From Azolla caroliniana (Eukaryota; Plantae; Polypodiophyta), in NCBI GenBank assembly GCA_043228905.1, contig JBHGNT010000013.1, positions 11,470,001-11,534,000 on the forward strand: a stretch of DNA of 64,000 nt, written 5' to 3'. A model generated the notes under the pieces. That model was not told the origin of the DNA. It was given only the letters and a program-made list of their open reading frames with translations, and did not search any database. Positions 42,413 through 56,492 of this stretch are shown one piece after another (position 1 is the first letter of the stretch; every line of letters begins with the position of its first letter). Position numbers and translations under genes: made by a program.

Positions 42413-42899
42413 TGTCACGAATGGGTGGTTGAGGCTAAATACTAAGAGAGAGCGAGAGCATAAGCAAGAGAACAAGACTGTCACGGACAAGTACACGAGG
42501 CTCAATACTAACAGATAGCAGGAGAGAGAGCATACACAAGAGAACATGCAAGAGAGAGAGAAAATAGATAAAAGAACAAGAACTAAATTATATGCTTTCG
42601 TAACTAGTGTTGTTCACCTTGATTGTAGTCAAGGTGCACCTGAGTATTTATACAAGAATGTGGAGGTATGCATGAAAGCTAGTTAACTTCTAGAGAATGC
42701 ATGGAAACTTCTAGAGAGTGCATGAAGATGCATTCTCTAGAAGGTTCTTTGAAAGTTGTAGTGATGAATCTACAATGTAATAAGTTGAATCTTATACAAT
42801 ACAATAAGGCATAGATGGATGTTGGTAAGGTTGCCCAATAAGACCAGAAAGGTCATGGGTTTAACCCCCACAATTCCATGTGGCATCCTTTCTATGACA
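42413..42899 (-). mobile_element. Solo LTR (chromovirus-like), 487 bp
   Basis: TGTCA...TGACA termini, 5-bp TSD CTTGG on both sides, TATAAATA on the minus strand. Confidence 0.9.
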
Positions 42900-43407
42900 C
42901 TTGGTATCAAATATCTTCACTTCCCCGCAAATTTTTTTTTTAAACACAAACTCATGTTCCAAATTAAAGCTCATGCATCATAGTTCTCGGCTAGCAATGA
43001 GAAAGATTCTAGACTTAGTATTGTATGTGGTTTATGAATTTGACTTTTTAGTCATGATGTCACTAGGCACCATATAATGATTCTAAGGATGATCCGATTT
43101 GATTGTAATTAGCATGCCATGTGACATGTAGAAATGTTCAAACCTTCCAAGTATTGCACTTCAACATCTCCAATTTCTTGTCCCCTTAGATATTCCCACG
43201 ATGAAAGGAAGTACGGAGAAATGATACACTGGAATCTGTGCACGAAATAATGAGGAGAAATTGAGTTAGATTGAGAATTGATTACGTGTCATTCAAGAAT
43301 CCCCTTGGGAAGTTCTATGTTTGAGCTCAAGTTGGAAAGAGAGCCATGGGCATGGAAGACATCCTCTTGGGGAGCTCAACGTTTGCGTTTGCGTTTGCGT
43401 TTGTTTT

Positions 43408-43450
<43 letters not shown>

Positions 43451-44497
43451 AGGAGAGCATTTTTACAAGTGGCTACTAATCTCTGATTAAGGATTATGGT
43501 AGATTTTGATACATAATTGACATCCTAATGCCACTTGCAATAAAGGTCTTCAATGGGAAAGTATTGATTGGGGTTTGCCTTTGGGATTAGCTTTAAAATG
43601 ACATGGAATAGCAATAGGAAATTGTTTCGTTTGCATTGTTCAAGTGGAAGATATTACTCATCCTTTCATACAATGCTTGATTGCTCGTTAGATTTGCATT
43701 GATATTTTTCAAATTTGGCAAGTTTTTTCAAGTTGTTATTTGATGCAAAGTCAGTGGGTATTTGCACAATTCACACAAGTTGACCCAAAATTAGAGATGG
43801 TGATTGTTTTCCTATTTTTGAGATATTGGGGATTGTGTCATATTTGGGATATGTGGAATACTTTTGTATTTGATGGTAGTTATGGATGGAGTCAGAGAAT
43901 ATCTACCAAAGTTAAAGGGAGTATTGATGGGAGTTGAACTAGACCTAATCCAAAGCAAAGGCATAAACCAACTTAGCTCAACAAGCATCACTATGACCCC
44001 TATATACGGCACTAAAAACATAAATGCAAACCTCAGCTTGTTAGGACACACTAGACATGCCATCCCATTAGAGACAAAAACTGTAGAAAAAGAGATAGAC
44101 CTCTTGTCCATAATGGGAAGAGTTAGAACTAGAAGCTATACTACTTGAAACAAAACTAAGAACATAACTTTGTAACATACAACGTCCTATGTAAGCTGAA
44201 GTCAAGTAAACATGAGTTGACCAAAGTAATGGGACACCAAACACCTAGGATGTTTGTTACTAGTGAAGATTCATAACTAGGTACAAAAACTTTGATACAA
44301 CATGCTCCATTAAAGTTTACCCTTCTAGACACTATCAATCCAATCCACTCCCCATACACATTCCTCTCACGTTCATAATGTGCACTTTCGATTGCAACAT
44401 GTGTCAATAAAATTCTTGAATGCCAAGAGTCGCTACTCAATTCCACACTTACTATGTAAAAGTTATTCAATGTTAGTTTTTCCATATGGTTATATTA

Positions 44498-44773
44498 TAG
44501 TATGAACCATACGTACATTTGCATTCGCGAATGTTTCAATCATTCGCGTAAGAAAAACACCCTCAAAGAATGATAAATACCATACTTTTGGTTTAACTAT
44601 TTATTATGACTCATGAGGTAAATAAGCCTAAAAAATGAAAAAAAACAAAAAAAAACATTAAAAAAATGGGAAAAAAACAAAAAAAACACAAGAATGTTTG
44701 AATAACATTCGCATTTGGTTTCCAATGTAGGAAAACGAATGTTATGTTAGACGAACACGAATTTTACATACTA
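44498..44773. mobile_element. Possible short hAT-like MITE
   Basis: TAGTATG...CATACTA termini and internal CATTCGC/CGAATG motifs. The TSD matches only partly. Confidence 0.35.
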
Positions 44774-44957
44774 TTATTTATGTGGAGTCCAATAAAAAAA
44801 TTGTGTTCCCAATGTGCTCATCCGAGCTTATGGCCGATGTGGTGCTGGTGGCTAGCAATGGGCCTGGCGGGCCCGGTTCGGTTTCGGTTTCGGTTCAGTT
44901 CAAGCCAGAGTTTAGGAGGCACAACAGCTTTTTGATCACCTTCCATGCCGCACTATT

Positions 44958-47573
44958 TGTGTCATGGAATGCACTGATAGCTGGGTATGCTTGACAATGG
45001 GTTTCATGCTGAAGCCCTAGAATGCTTCCGACGGATGGAGGATGATCCGAGATTGATCTCCCCCAGTGCTGGTAACATATGACTCTGTTTTAAAAGCTTT
45101 GAGCTCACATAGGCTCTCTTGAGGTTGGAGAAAAAATCCATGCCAAGGTAAGAGATCAAGGATTATTCAACCTTAATTTGGTGCTTGGCATAGCATTAAT
45201 TTGATATGTATGCCAAATGTGGTCCTCTTGAAACAGCACATCATGTGTTTAATGAGCTTCCACATAGAAATGTTTTTTGCTGGAGTGCGCTTATATCTGG
45301 ATATGCCAAGGAAGGGATTGGTTATGAAGCTCTCGAATGCTTTAGACAGATGGTCGACAAGGGAGTATCTCCTAATTGTTGTTTGTTACATATGCGTGCC
45401 TTCTGAAAGCTTGTGTTGCCATAGGATCTCTTGAGATTGGGGAAGATATACATGCCAAGGTGAGAGAGCAAGGATTACCAAAGGACAACATTATCCTTGG
45501 CACCACATTGATCGATATGTATGCCAAACGTGGTGCACTTCAGAAAGTACATAAAGTATTCGATGAGCTTCCAAAACAAGATGTTGTGGCATGGAGCGTT
45601 CTTATATCTGGATATGTGGAGTATGATTTTTGTGATCAAGCCATCAAATGCTTCAGACAGATGGAAGTGGAAGGAGTTCCTCCAGACACGGTGACATGTG
45701 TGCATTTTAAAAGCTTGTGCTGCGATAAGATCTCTTGAGATTGGGGAAGAAATACATGCCAAGATGAGCGAACAAGGGTTATTAAAGAACAACATCGTAG
45801 TTGGAAATGCAGTAATTGATATGTATGCCAAATGTGGTGCACTTCAGAGAGCATGAGAAGTATTTGACGAGCTTCCACAGCAGGATGTTGTCTCATGGAC
45901 ATATGCTTGCATTTTAAATGCATGCGCGGCTATAGGTTCCCTTGATATTGGGGAAACAATCCATGACAAATTGAGAGAGCAATGGTTATTGAAAGACAAC
46001 ATTGTTCTTGGAAATGCATTGATTGACATCTATACCAAATGTGGCGTGCTTCAAAAGGCACAAAAACTTTGATGAGCTTCCACAACGAGATATTGTGTCA
46101 TGGAATGTGCTTATAGATGGTTATGTTGAGCACGGGCTTGGTGACCAAGCTATTAAATGCTTCAGGCAGATGGATGATGAGAGAATCATCTCAGATGGCA
46201 TCACATATACTTGCATTCTAAATGCTTGTGTTGCAATAATGTCTCTTGAGATAGGGGAAGAAATGTATGCCAGGGTGAGCAAGCAAGGATTATTAAAGGA
46301 AAATGTCGTGCTTGGAACTGCATTAATCAATATGTACGCAAAATGTTTGGCCCTTGAAAGAGCGTCCTAAGTGTTTGATGAACTTCCAGAACGAGATACT
46401 GTAACATGGAGTGCACTTAATAGCTGGATATGTTGAGAATGGGCTTAGTGATCAAGCTATTGAATGCTTCAAAAGGATGGAGGATGAAGGGGTCTCCCCT
46501 GATGTGCTGGCATATGTTTCCACTTTAAAGGCTTGTGCTAGCATAGGATCTCTTGAGGTTGGGGAAGAACTTCATGCTAAGGTTAGTGAGCAAGGAATAT
46601 TAAAGAAGAATATTGTTGTTGCCACTGCATTAATTGATATGTATGCCAAATGTGGTGCACTGCAAAGAGCATGGAAAGTGTTTGATGGGCTTCCACAGAG
46701 AGATATTGTTTCATGGCATGTGCTTATAGCTGGATATACGCAAGCGGGTCAAGTGGATATGGCTTTCAGTACATTCAGAAGAATGAGGATAGAGTGTATC
46801 CAACCAAACCTTGTTACATTTCTCGCTTTGCTGAATGCATGCTGTCATTCTGCTCTATTGAATCAAGGAGAATAGTTATTTCATGAAATGATTGTATTGT
46901 ATAACCTCAAACCTATAATAGAACACTATACCTGCATGGTCGATCTATTTAGCCGTGCAGGAGAATTTGAAAAGGCAAAACATTATTTGGTTGATGATGT
47001 GTCAACGTTACTGGCTTTTCTAGGTGCTTGTCATAAATTGGAAAATTTTGATCTTGGGAGATTAGCATTCAAGAAAATTGTGCAATGAGATGAGAAGTGT
47101 ACTGCCGCATATGTCTGTATGGCAAATATATATGCGTCAGGTTCCATCCATATGGAGGCACACAATTATTCAAGCTTTGATAGTGGAAAATAGAAGCATG
47201 GAATGTACCAACAAATGATTCGCGGATAGATGCGAGTGGGAGCATGCATTCATCTGTAGTAGTTAACGAAACCCATTCTCAAAGTATGATACCATTCAAA
47301 GCTCAATGGACTTGGCAAATATGTTGGCGCTGGAAGGTTATTCCCCAACCTTTCTTCGATTTTAGAAGTGATTCCAGAGAATGGGAATGCAAAGATTTTG
47401 TGCGGGCATAGTCAAAAGCTGGCTGTCACATCAGGGCTGATCAACAAACCTGAAGGTGAGGCTTTGTGTGTTACCAAAACGAGTATATTTTTGAACACGA
47501 CAAGATTCAAGTAGTGGATGCAAACAATGTTCATACTTTTAGGATGGAGGATGGAAGATGTGCAAGTAAGTAG
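44958..47573 (+). pseudogene. PLS-class pentatricopeptide repeat (PPR) E/DYW-type editing-factor pseudogene
   Basis: Repeated 'ALIDMYAKCG', 'DVVSW.ALI.GY' and 'LKAC' motifs. E domain 'HYTCMVDLFSRAG' and 'FLGAC'. DYW-like 'CGHSQKLA'. Many frameshifts and stops. Confidence 0.92.
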
Positions 47574-48874
47574 TTTTGAAGCTGAACATACCAGAAGATT
47601 GTTATCACCTGACAAACTAACAGGCAGCATCATCATTTCCTGATATCTGCAGCAACAAATGGAATGTACAAGCCTTGCTGAAGTTCTCTCACAAATGATG
47701 AATGTTGGTGTATATGTTTCCTATGAAGCTGATAGACGAGTTCATATGGATGTATATGTGCATATATCATGTTATTTGCCCCTTGAGTGCAGATGCAATT
47801 GTGTATGATGCACATCAGGTAATGGTAGGGATCAATATTGAGGTGGTGGGCCTGCAGAAAAGCTGATCTGCCTGAGGAAAGAAGAAAGTAGGGTGAGGGA
47901 AGTGATAAGATATCAGTAATAGGTGGATGAGAGATATATATTGCCCTCACTGGAAAGTTTGCATCAAGGAGGAGCAGAAAAGTTATCAGAAATTGAGTTG
48001 TTGAAGATGGCTGAAATGTTCTTCATTGAATATGCTTGTATCTTTGACAGAAGCAAGGAAACATAACATCACATTGGTAGAAGCATCCTACTCTTCTTCG
48101 GATTATGTGTTTGAATAATGTTTTTGGTGGTATATACTTGTAAAATATATCGAGATTATGTATGCTTAGAATTGTCATTGCCCTTTTAGTTTTGCTGCAA
48201 AAATTCCACATTGTCTTTTTCTAAAAATATAAGACTTTCAGTCGTTATTATAGCATTCAGAGGCAATTGTTTTGAGGAGTTTTGAGATATGCCTTGATGA
48301 TGTCAAGTTTTATGCTTGGGGTTTAGTGCTTATTGAGTGATAATGTTTAGTGTTTTAGTGCCTTGAGTACATCCCTTCTTCTTCAGAGAAGGCTGTAATC
48401 TGCCACGGCAAAAGATTGTATATTTCCACTCACTTTTGCCAACCAGTCAAAAAACATCATCATATTTTCTATGATGTACTGAAAAATCTTCAAACTATTC
48501 TGCCTTTGTATGGCACCAAATGTATTACTCAGAAATAACACATGGCAAGTTCCAATAATTGATTTGAGATGCTCTCCAAATCTAGTACTATTTGGATGTA
48601 TATTGAAAGTTACTACTCAACATGTCAAACACTCCAAGCACATCAACAACAAAACAAACCAACATTGCATCTTCTAATCCGTGGATATTAGTTTAAGCTA
48701 TTTAATTACTTATCGATAATGAACAATTAATTTTTAAAAACTTAGTAAACACTTAATTTAGCTATGTACCAAATCACTAATAAAAGAATCACAATACTGT
48801 CACAAATAGAAAAAGAATGGGAAACAATCACCACCTATATTGTATTACTCATGTAGTCATAATTCAAAGGTGCG

Positions 48875-49003
48875 AATCAAGTAGCCTGTTTACTTTTGAT
48901 ACTAACTATTTGAGCACTTTTAGCCAATTTACTCAAAAGTTACTGAATCAAGTAGCCTGTTTACTTTTGATACTAACTATTTGAGCAATTTTAGCCAATT
49001 TAC
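48875..49003. repeat. Two-copy tandem duplication (period ~71 bp)
   Basis: GAATCAAGTAGCCTGTTTACTTTTGATACTAACTATTTGAGCA occurs twice. Confidence 0.85.
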
Positions 49004-49279
49004 TATATATATATATATATATAATTTCCATAACTAGATAAGGCAGATTTCCATATTGGGCTCAATCGAACATCACTTTCATTAGATTTGGATTACATGA
49101 AAATGGCGATCCATCACCATTCTCTTTATGTCCACTTTGCTTATGAATGGATGAATGTTGTGCTTTTATGTACAACTAGGTAGATGTTCGTATAGAATGT
49201 ATGTAAATGGTCATAACATTCACACACAATAAGTGAGCCCTGTTATTATCTTGCACCAAGAAAACTTGATCCTCAAATC

Positions 49280-51258
49280 CTAATGCTTTCTTTTAGCCCA
49301 AGGAGTGATGACTGTCTTCTGATCTTGATGTTGATGCCTCCACCATCGGAACCTAAATCTCGATGTATAGATGTTTGTTTTCATCAAATCCACAGACACA
49401 TGTGTCTCAACCTTAGTTGATATGGAATCTGGAGAATTTGACGAAGATAACTGAACATCAGAAGAATTAAGTATCTGGAAATCAGCTTCGTGCTTATCAT
49501 CATCACCAATAATATTTTTTGGTGTCACTGCTAGACATAGCTGTTCACCCTTCGGAATCACCATTGTTGATCCTAAGCATTGAGCTTGTGTTGGTTGATG
49601 AATTAAAATATTCTCTGCAGGCACTTCTACACAGCACGAGATGTAACGTGAAACCAGGAATTGGACCTGAAATAAATAGAAAGAGATTCTTCATAAATAC
49701 ACTTGATTAAAAATAAATCCAACAAATACAAGCTTTGCACAACTTACACTCTTCAAAGAATGAATTGTAAATTCCTACTACAATTTAAACATTTTAAAGC
49801 TGAAAATTATGCTTACCACAGGATGAAAAGTCACGGCATTTTCACGAATTACTTCAGTAAGCTTCAGCTGCATGGCGCACAATGCTTTGTTGCACAGAGA
49901 TTTTGATATTGCCACCAGTTTATTCCTCAAATGAACCTGGTTCTGGTCCAAAGATTTTGAATGCTTACAGAAGAAGGGCTCTATGTACGTTTCATAGATA
50001 TAGTCTGTACCCTGAGAACAATGATATTGTAACAGTTAATACTATGAAACATCTAACACTTTTTGAGCCCACAATGACCAAATTTGAGTTTACGCTTGCC
50101 TAAAAACACCCCAACATAATCTGAAGTTGAAACCCAGGAAAACACCATCATATACCACAACGTTATATATATTTGTATGACTAAACATGTGACTTCCAAC
50201 AACTACGACTAACAGAAACATGTATTACAGAACTGGCTTGGATCAGTTTGCTGTTTCTTTACTAGCATATAAAATCACTCAATCTCATCTACATCTCAGA
50301 GGGAAACTATGATTTATTCCGATGCACCTTTGGAAAGCATTACAGTCTGATAAAATTTGTCAACATTTTTTTAAAGAGAATAACATAATACTTTCTTTGC
50401 GTAAAGAGAAGACTCAGAAACAAGCAACGTTGAAATAAAGGCACAAAACGGAATCTCTATCCTTGTGAGAAATATGATAATCGATTCTAAATTATATTCC
50501 TTGCTTCCAAAAGTAGTGAAGAATCCATTACGAGATGTAAACTCTTCTTATCACGGCAAAACATTTGTCTCATCCACGGTTCAGTGTAATGACTATATAC
50601 TATGTTTGCGACTGATCATACCTTTGTATCTGGGAGCCATAGATAAACTATGAGAGCTAGTTTAGTTCCACTATAGAATGGTACCCTGCAAAGGCAATAT
50701 ACAGAGATTAATGGATGTCCATAACCACCTTACTCCTATAGAATTCTGAAGAATAAATACCATGATATAAACATGTCTGCTACTCTCTCGACTCCAGTAA
50801 AAATGGCCATGATCATCCTACAAGTAAAAACGACCATTATCATATATTTAGAGAGAGCAAGAGGGAGAGATTTGAAAATAGAATCAAATATGAAAAACAA
50901 ATCAAAATAGCAGGCTTCCTGGAGATATACCAGAAAAGCTACACACATAAAACAAAGTCACTCCTAATCATCAAAACTTAGGTCTCACTTAACATGCATA
51001 GATGATCTAAGAAAACAGAGATGCAATGAAACAAAGTAGGTGCAATGAATTTTGTGATTCGAGGATAAATAATAAATCAAGAAGAAACATATATTCCATA
51101 ATATAGACAGGACAACTCTTCTCCTTTACATGATATGAATCAAGAGATTTATTTCATACCAATATCGACACCATGTCCGCAACTGCTCGAATTTTGGCTT
51201 GCTAGAGTTAAGCACCGAGAAGCACATGTAAGCTGGATACAGGTATCCAAAATATATA
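49280..51258 (-). CDS. HVA22-like (TB2/DP1/REEP family) protein; exons 51160-51258, 50761-50817, 50622-50685, 49817-50011 and 49280-49666; first exon not firmly located (candidate ~51565-51620)
   Basis: The spliced product reads 'GYLYPAYMCF...KPKFEQLRTWCRYW|MIMAIFTGVERVADMFISW|VPFYSGTKLALIVYLWLPDTK|GTDYIYETYIEPF'. All introns are GT-AG with consistent phases. Confidence 0.88.
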
Positions 51259-51745
51259 CTGAGAAAAAACACAAATAATCAACATACGAAATGGTTTCTG
51301 AAGGAGAGCAAGTTCTAGTCGAAGAACAAAGATCTAAATTCATAGTTCCCTAATGTTTGTTCACAACAACAATAAATTATATAAGAGGAAATGTAACTTG
51401 TACATAGAATTCTCAATAACAAGCAAATTAGAGTAAAGTGGAGGGAAAGTTAGAACAGCTCATACAAAATCATGAGAACATGACTTCCATCACCTTAAAA
51501 ATCAGAATTCCTATTAATTCTTCATAAATTGGGAAATTTCTGCTCATGTCTCACAGATTCATACGAAGAAGAAATGTTGGAGTGAGAAAGGCTTGCACCA
51601 AACGGAAAACACATTTCCATATCGTTTCTTGAAAAACTGATTAGATTAAACTAAGGGAAACTGTGTTCTGAAAGGGAATTCTAAGAAAGAAGTTCATTAG
51701 ATTCACTAAAGCTTATGAGTAAGAATGAGAGAGGGATTTGGGGGG

Positions 51746-51780
<35 letters not shown>

Positions 51781-52239
51781 ATATCAGTTCCAATTCACAT
51801 TTCATGAAAAAATGGATTGATTTAAATGAAGTTGTGCTCAACATAGAATTATGATAAAGAAGTCCATCAGATTCGGTAAGGAGAAGCCGCTAAGTTGAAA
51901 CTCGTCAGTTGAAACGAATCCCATCAGGTGAATATGATGGATATAGAATTCTGAAGGAGAAGCCCATCAGTTGAAACTCGTATGATGTCAAATTATAACA
52001 CAAAAGACTATGAACTTACATAGAAATTCTGAACAAGAAGTCCATCAGGTGACACTCATGTGATGTCAATGACATAAAAGGCTCTGAACTTACATGAAAA
52101 TTCTGAACAAGAAGTCCATCAGCTGAAACCGCAGGCAATATCTTTCTTCTTCCTCTCCTTCGCAGGAAAGAAACGGATGAAAGGAGAGACAATTGAAGGA
52201 AGCACTAGAGAAATCCTGCAGAGAGAAACTGTAGACTTA

Positions 52240-52795
52240 TCATTCATGATGATGATGATGACGAAGGCGACGATGATATGATTGGGCGTCGATGATGATG
52301 ATGATGATGATGAAGGCGATGATGATATGATTGAGTGTCGATGATGATGATGAGAGAGATGATGAAGAAGTGGAAGAAGAAGGCGTATGATAATGGCGAT
52401 GGCGATGGCGATGGTGATGAAGAAGGAAAAGAAGAGAAGAAGACAGGCAGGCGCACAAACCCTAATTTCCCCTGGTGCTTTAGGTCGTTGTTCAGAAACA
52501 AGAAGACAGGCAGGCGCACAAACCCTAATTTCCTTGTGTGCTTCGCGTTGCGTTGGGGCGTTCAGCTCTTTGGAATACAAGAAGGAAGAAGAAGATGAAG
52601 AAGAAGAAGAAGAAGAAGAAGAAGAAATGGAATGAAATGAACAGGAATTTCCCTCTCTTTCTCTTACATATAAATTTATAATATGTATATGTAGTTGTTT
52701 TGAAAATACGAAGCTAATTAATTAGTCCCACAACTAATGGCTTAATCAATCGTCTCTTCCAAAAACGCAATTATGTATGTATGTATGCATGCATG

Positions 52796-52844
<49 letters not shown>

Positions 52845-53160
52845 TTATGTACATATGTATGTGTTTGTGTATGTTTATGTACATATGTATATATGTATGT
52901 GTGTGTGTGTTTACGTATGTATGTACGTACGTAATGTTTGTCCTGTTTGTGTGTGTGTGTGTGTGTGTGTTTACATACGTACGTACGTATGTATGTCTCT
53001 ATGTTTACGTACATTTGTATATATGTATGTGTGTGTGTGTGTGCGTTTACGTATGTAATGTCTATCTGTCTGTATGTGTGTGTGTGTGTGTTTACGTATG
53101 TACGTACGTACATATGTCTGTCTGTCTGTCTGTCTGTATGTATGTATGTATGTATATATT
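52240..53160. repeat. Simple-repeat region: (GAT)n, (GAA)n, (TG)n, (ATGT)n
   Basis: Directly visible. It also has two AAACCCTAA telo-box-like motifs upstream of the HVA22-like gene. Confidence 0.9.
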
Positions 53161-54536
53161 TCATGATGCATGAACAAGAAATATAGTGTTAGAAAATAGA
53201 ACATATTATCATCTAGCGACATCGTAAACATTTCGTAGTAAACGAGACTTGGCCATGACTTGGATTGGCTAAGAAGTGCGTCACTTTAGATCATTCCCCC
53301 CTCCCCCGCAAATGCTTTGTAACCAGAGTTCCATGTGAAGTAAATCCAGCAGTGCATGGAGATCAACACGCATGCCAAAATAGTTGGCGTTTGCACAATT
53401 CACACTGTTGGACCTGAAATCGTAGATGGAGATCGTTTTCCTTTTCTTTTTTGCGAATTTTTGTGGATTGTGTGTGATCATTAATTGGGATATGTGTAGT
53501 ACTTATTTGATGGTAGAGTTGGGAGTTAGAGCTTATCTACGAAAGGTGAAGGGAACACGATGGTGTGCCAATTTCGTTTCTCATAACAAGTCTAAATTCT
53601 TTCCTCTACAAAGTATTCATCTTTGCCTATTGGCAAATGGGTATGTCCCATATACCCATGTAGTGGTGGCCCCACTTAATTGTGTCACTAATGAAGTGTT
53701 TTTCACTCACATTCATCACACTTATTAATGTAATTCCTCGAGACACGAAATGCGATTTATAGGATGAGGCTTACCCCAATGGTGAGGATTGAACTTCGTT
53801 TCTCTCAAAATTATGACTTTGATGCTATGGTGTATGGTTAACTTCCATTTCTCCAACTCGTTGCCCCCCCCCCCCCCTAGATCTACCCTTGAGAGGTTGT
53901 TGCGTGACAAGCACATAAGGTCCAGTTGATCATCCATGAATTTTATCATCAACTCGATGGATCAATTTCATTGTATAGGCCTTTCCAATCGTAACTGGTT
54001 GCTCAAAAGGATCGCTCGTTCGTCCGTCCAACAATCAACTCTTTCCAGGATATTTAGGTTCAACAACCAAGGATTATGTGTCTCTGTACTCGCCTTGCAA
54101 AGTTCTGAAAAGATCAATTTTCTAGAAGCCTCTTGCTCATATCTCTCATCAAAAGGGACTATTCGATAATGAGTTTTGAGGAACTCTTGAAGAGAACCCT
54201 CAGTATATACATAGTACTTTTAATCCTGAGTTACAAAATTCTCGTCGATTGTGAGAAACTAAGATCAGTACAAGTCAGTTTGATTGACTTAACCAATTAG
54301 AAATCAAGTGATTGATTCCAGGCAATATTGTTATAGAGTCACAAGTAGAAATTCTAGAAGAATTGCGTGATGTGTATGTGTAGTAGACCCATGGAGAATG
54401 TGTGTAGACTACGGGACAGTCCGTGAGGGCCTGCCATATCAGGTCCTCGTTCGTCGCAACTTCATCCATTCGTGATGACGATGCTTCAGTTGTTCCTTCC
54501 TGGCGCATTCGTTCGATGTTGACCATTGGTCCCTTC

Positions 54537-55750
54537 TGTCATGTGTATATAAAACCCAATAAGCTTTATGGTGATTCAAACCCATGACCTCCTCAAAGCA
54601 AGCACATAATCCCAACCATTAGGATACATCATATTGTATATATTAAATTATAAATTCTATTATATCAATAGGAAATATATATTAATAATAACATTATTGA
54701 AATGTCACCACCTTGCATAGGCTAACGCATGATGCCAAGTGGCATGCTTGCATGAATGCCAAGTGATGATCATTCGTGCCTATGAGGTGGCGAGCATGCA
54801 TGTATCTAAACCTTGTTATATAAACATGTATTTGAGTATTGATGAACCATTCTGGTTCAACGCCAGTCTTCGGCATATTCTCCTCCGCTCTCTCTCTCTC
54901 TCTTCCTTCCTCTCCTTCTCCAATGTATCATGACATGGGACAAATGCGGTGGCTCACGCTTCACACATTATACTACAAATGTTGCACCTAACTACAAAAC
55001 CATATTCTTCGCGGAACGGGGAAGCCATACACATCGATACATGTTAGAGCCCATCCCGATATCTGCCATTTGAACCATTGCTTCCATGCAACTTAGCTCG
55101 CACACATTGAGATGTGAGATGGGGTGTTGGGGCACAAGTGATGAGTGTGGCCGACTATGCACACTTTGCCCTAAACAAGTTCGAGAGTCTGAGTATTACA
55201 CTTTGATACAATGCTCTGCCTTTGATCATATTCGACCATGCTTTCCACATCTCTTCGATCGAGCCCAATCCTTGCACGAATTTCTCTCACAACCACGATG
55301 TGCACTCTCGATTGCAACATTCATTGGTAAAGTTCTTGAACATCGAAAGTCGCTACTCACCTTCACACGTATCACGTGAAATGTAATATTTTTCGTCTTA
55401 TAGGTCATATTTGACCTCCGAAGACGATAATATAATCTATCTATTTATCTCCTTGAGAATCTTGCCAAACGTTATCCTCACCATGGAGTCAGTTAGCAAG
55501 CAAGAGTATGTTCGAGTCGTCTCTGAACTAGAGCATCTCTCATCTATGTAGCAAATAAGTTTGTGGCGTTAGAACAAGAGAATCAATGATTGCTTGGAAA
55601 TTTGCAGTTACAAGTAAGCATAGAAAAGGCACAACAATATGATGAGTTATCAACACGTGTATTGCAACTCGAAACAACATTGTGGTCTCTTCATCAACAA
55701 GCTTCAATGCAACAAACCTCTCCCAAAGAATCGAAGATTTGTTTGCTTGG
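54537..55750 (+). mobile_element. Truncated chromovirus: 5' LTR 54537-54935 and gag N-terminus ~55483-55750, separated by a LINE insertion
   Basis: TGTCATG...CATGACA termini. 'MESVSKQEY' and 'KFVALEQENQ' are homologous to the gag at 2344. Confidence 0.75.
54936..55450 (+). mobile_element. 5'-truncated non-LTR retrotransposon (LINE) 3' end with a (CTAT)n tail
   Basis: C-terminal Cys motif 'LSSHTLRCEMGCW...RLCTLC...ESEYYTLIQCSAFDHIR', then a short tandem tail TCTATCTATTTATCT. Confidence 0.7.
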
Positions 55751-56115
55751 GGATATATAATCTACTTTCTGTTCTTCTTTCTTAATAAAATCGTGTGTCT
55801 TTTTATATACAATCTTCTTTCTTTTCTTCTTTCTTAAAAAATAATTTAATAATATCGTTTAGGGCTCGTCTTTCTGATATACAATTTTACTCAAGTGAAC
55901 CATGTACAAGTTAAAATAGTTTGCATAATTCTAAGAAAAAGCAGTAGCATGAAATCAACAATCCTGAACCTACTCTTAAAATTACACAGTAGATAAGTTA
56001 CTCAAAACAAGCAATTTAATTACTCATTGATTAATCTGTCATCAAATTACATATTTATATAATGCACCATTGGCAATGTCTACAAATCGCCTATAAACAG
56101 CTAAGCTCTTGCTGG

Positions 56116-56492
56116 TCAGTGGAACTTCTCTACATATATGATATGCATACCGAGCTCGGTATGGAGTGGACACAACCATGCAATTAGTTGGTAGCTCAAT
56201 GTTTTCACCAAGTAGTTATCAGGCATTTCCTTGGGTAGAATGAGACAACATCTGCGAAGGTTGAAGTAATGTCGGAAATGTTCTATATCCAAAATCAATG
56301 TATTGTCGACATTATATTTGGGCCAAGTATCCCAAACATTTGAAAGTCTTTTGAATCTTGCAACATCCTTCTGCTCACATTTTTCTCGTGTCCACTGGCC
56401 CTTGAAATGTTGTCGCCACTTCGGGAAGAATCTTTCTACACACTTCCACACATTTGTACGTGGTTTTTCACTCCAAATAAACAAATCAAAGC
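56116..56492 (-). pseudogene. NIF/FCP1 (CTD-phosphatase-like) domain fragment
   Basis: 'FDLFIWS...QWTREKC...FKRLSNVWDTWPKYNVDNTLILD' matches the C-terminal half of the NIF domain. The DxDxT motif is absent. Confidence 0.6.

Noticed and set aside
52119-53231. His-, Ser- or Cys/Val-rich ORFs
   Set aside because: Simple-sequence repeats with no domain signal.
53725-54530. Possible further LTR/gag remnant
   Set aside because: No termini, PBS or domain motif could be identified confidently.
54537-54935. Solo LTR
   Set aside because: No TSD (CCTTC vs TGGGA), and a matching gag start follows the LINE, so it is a 5' LTR.
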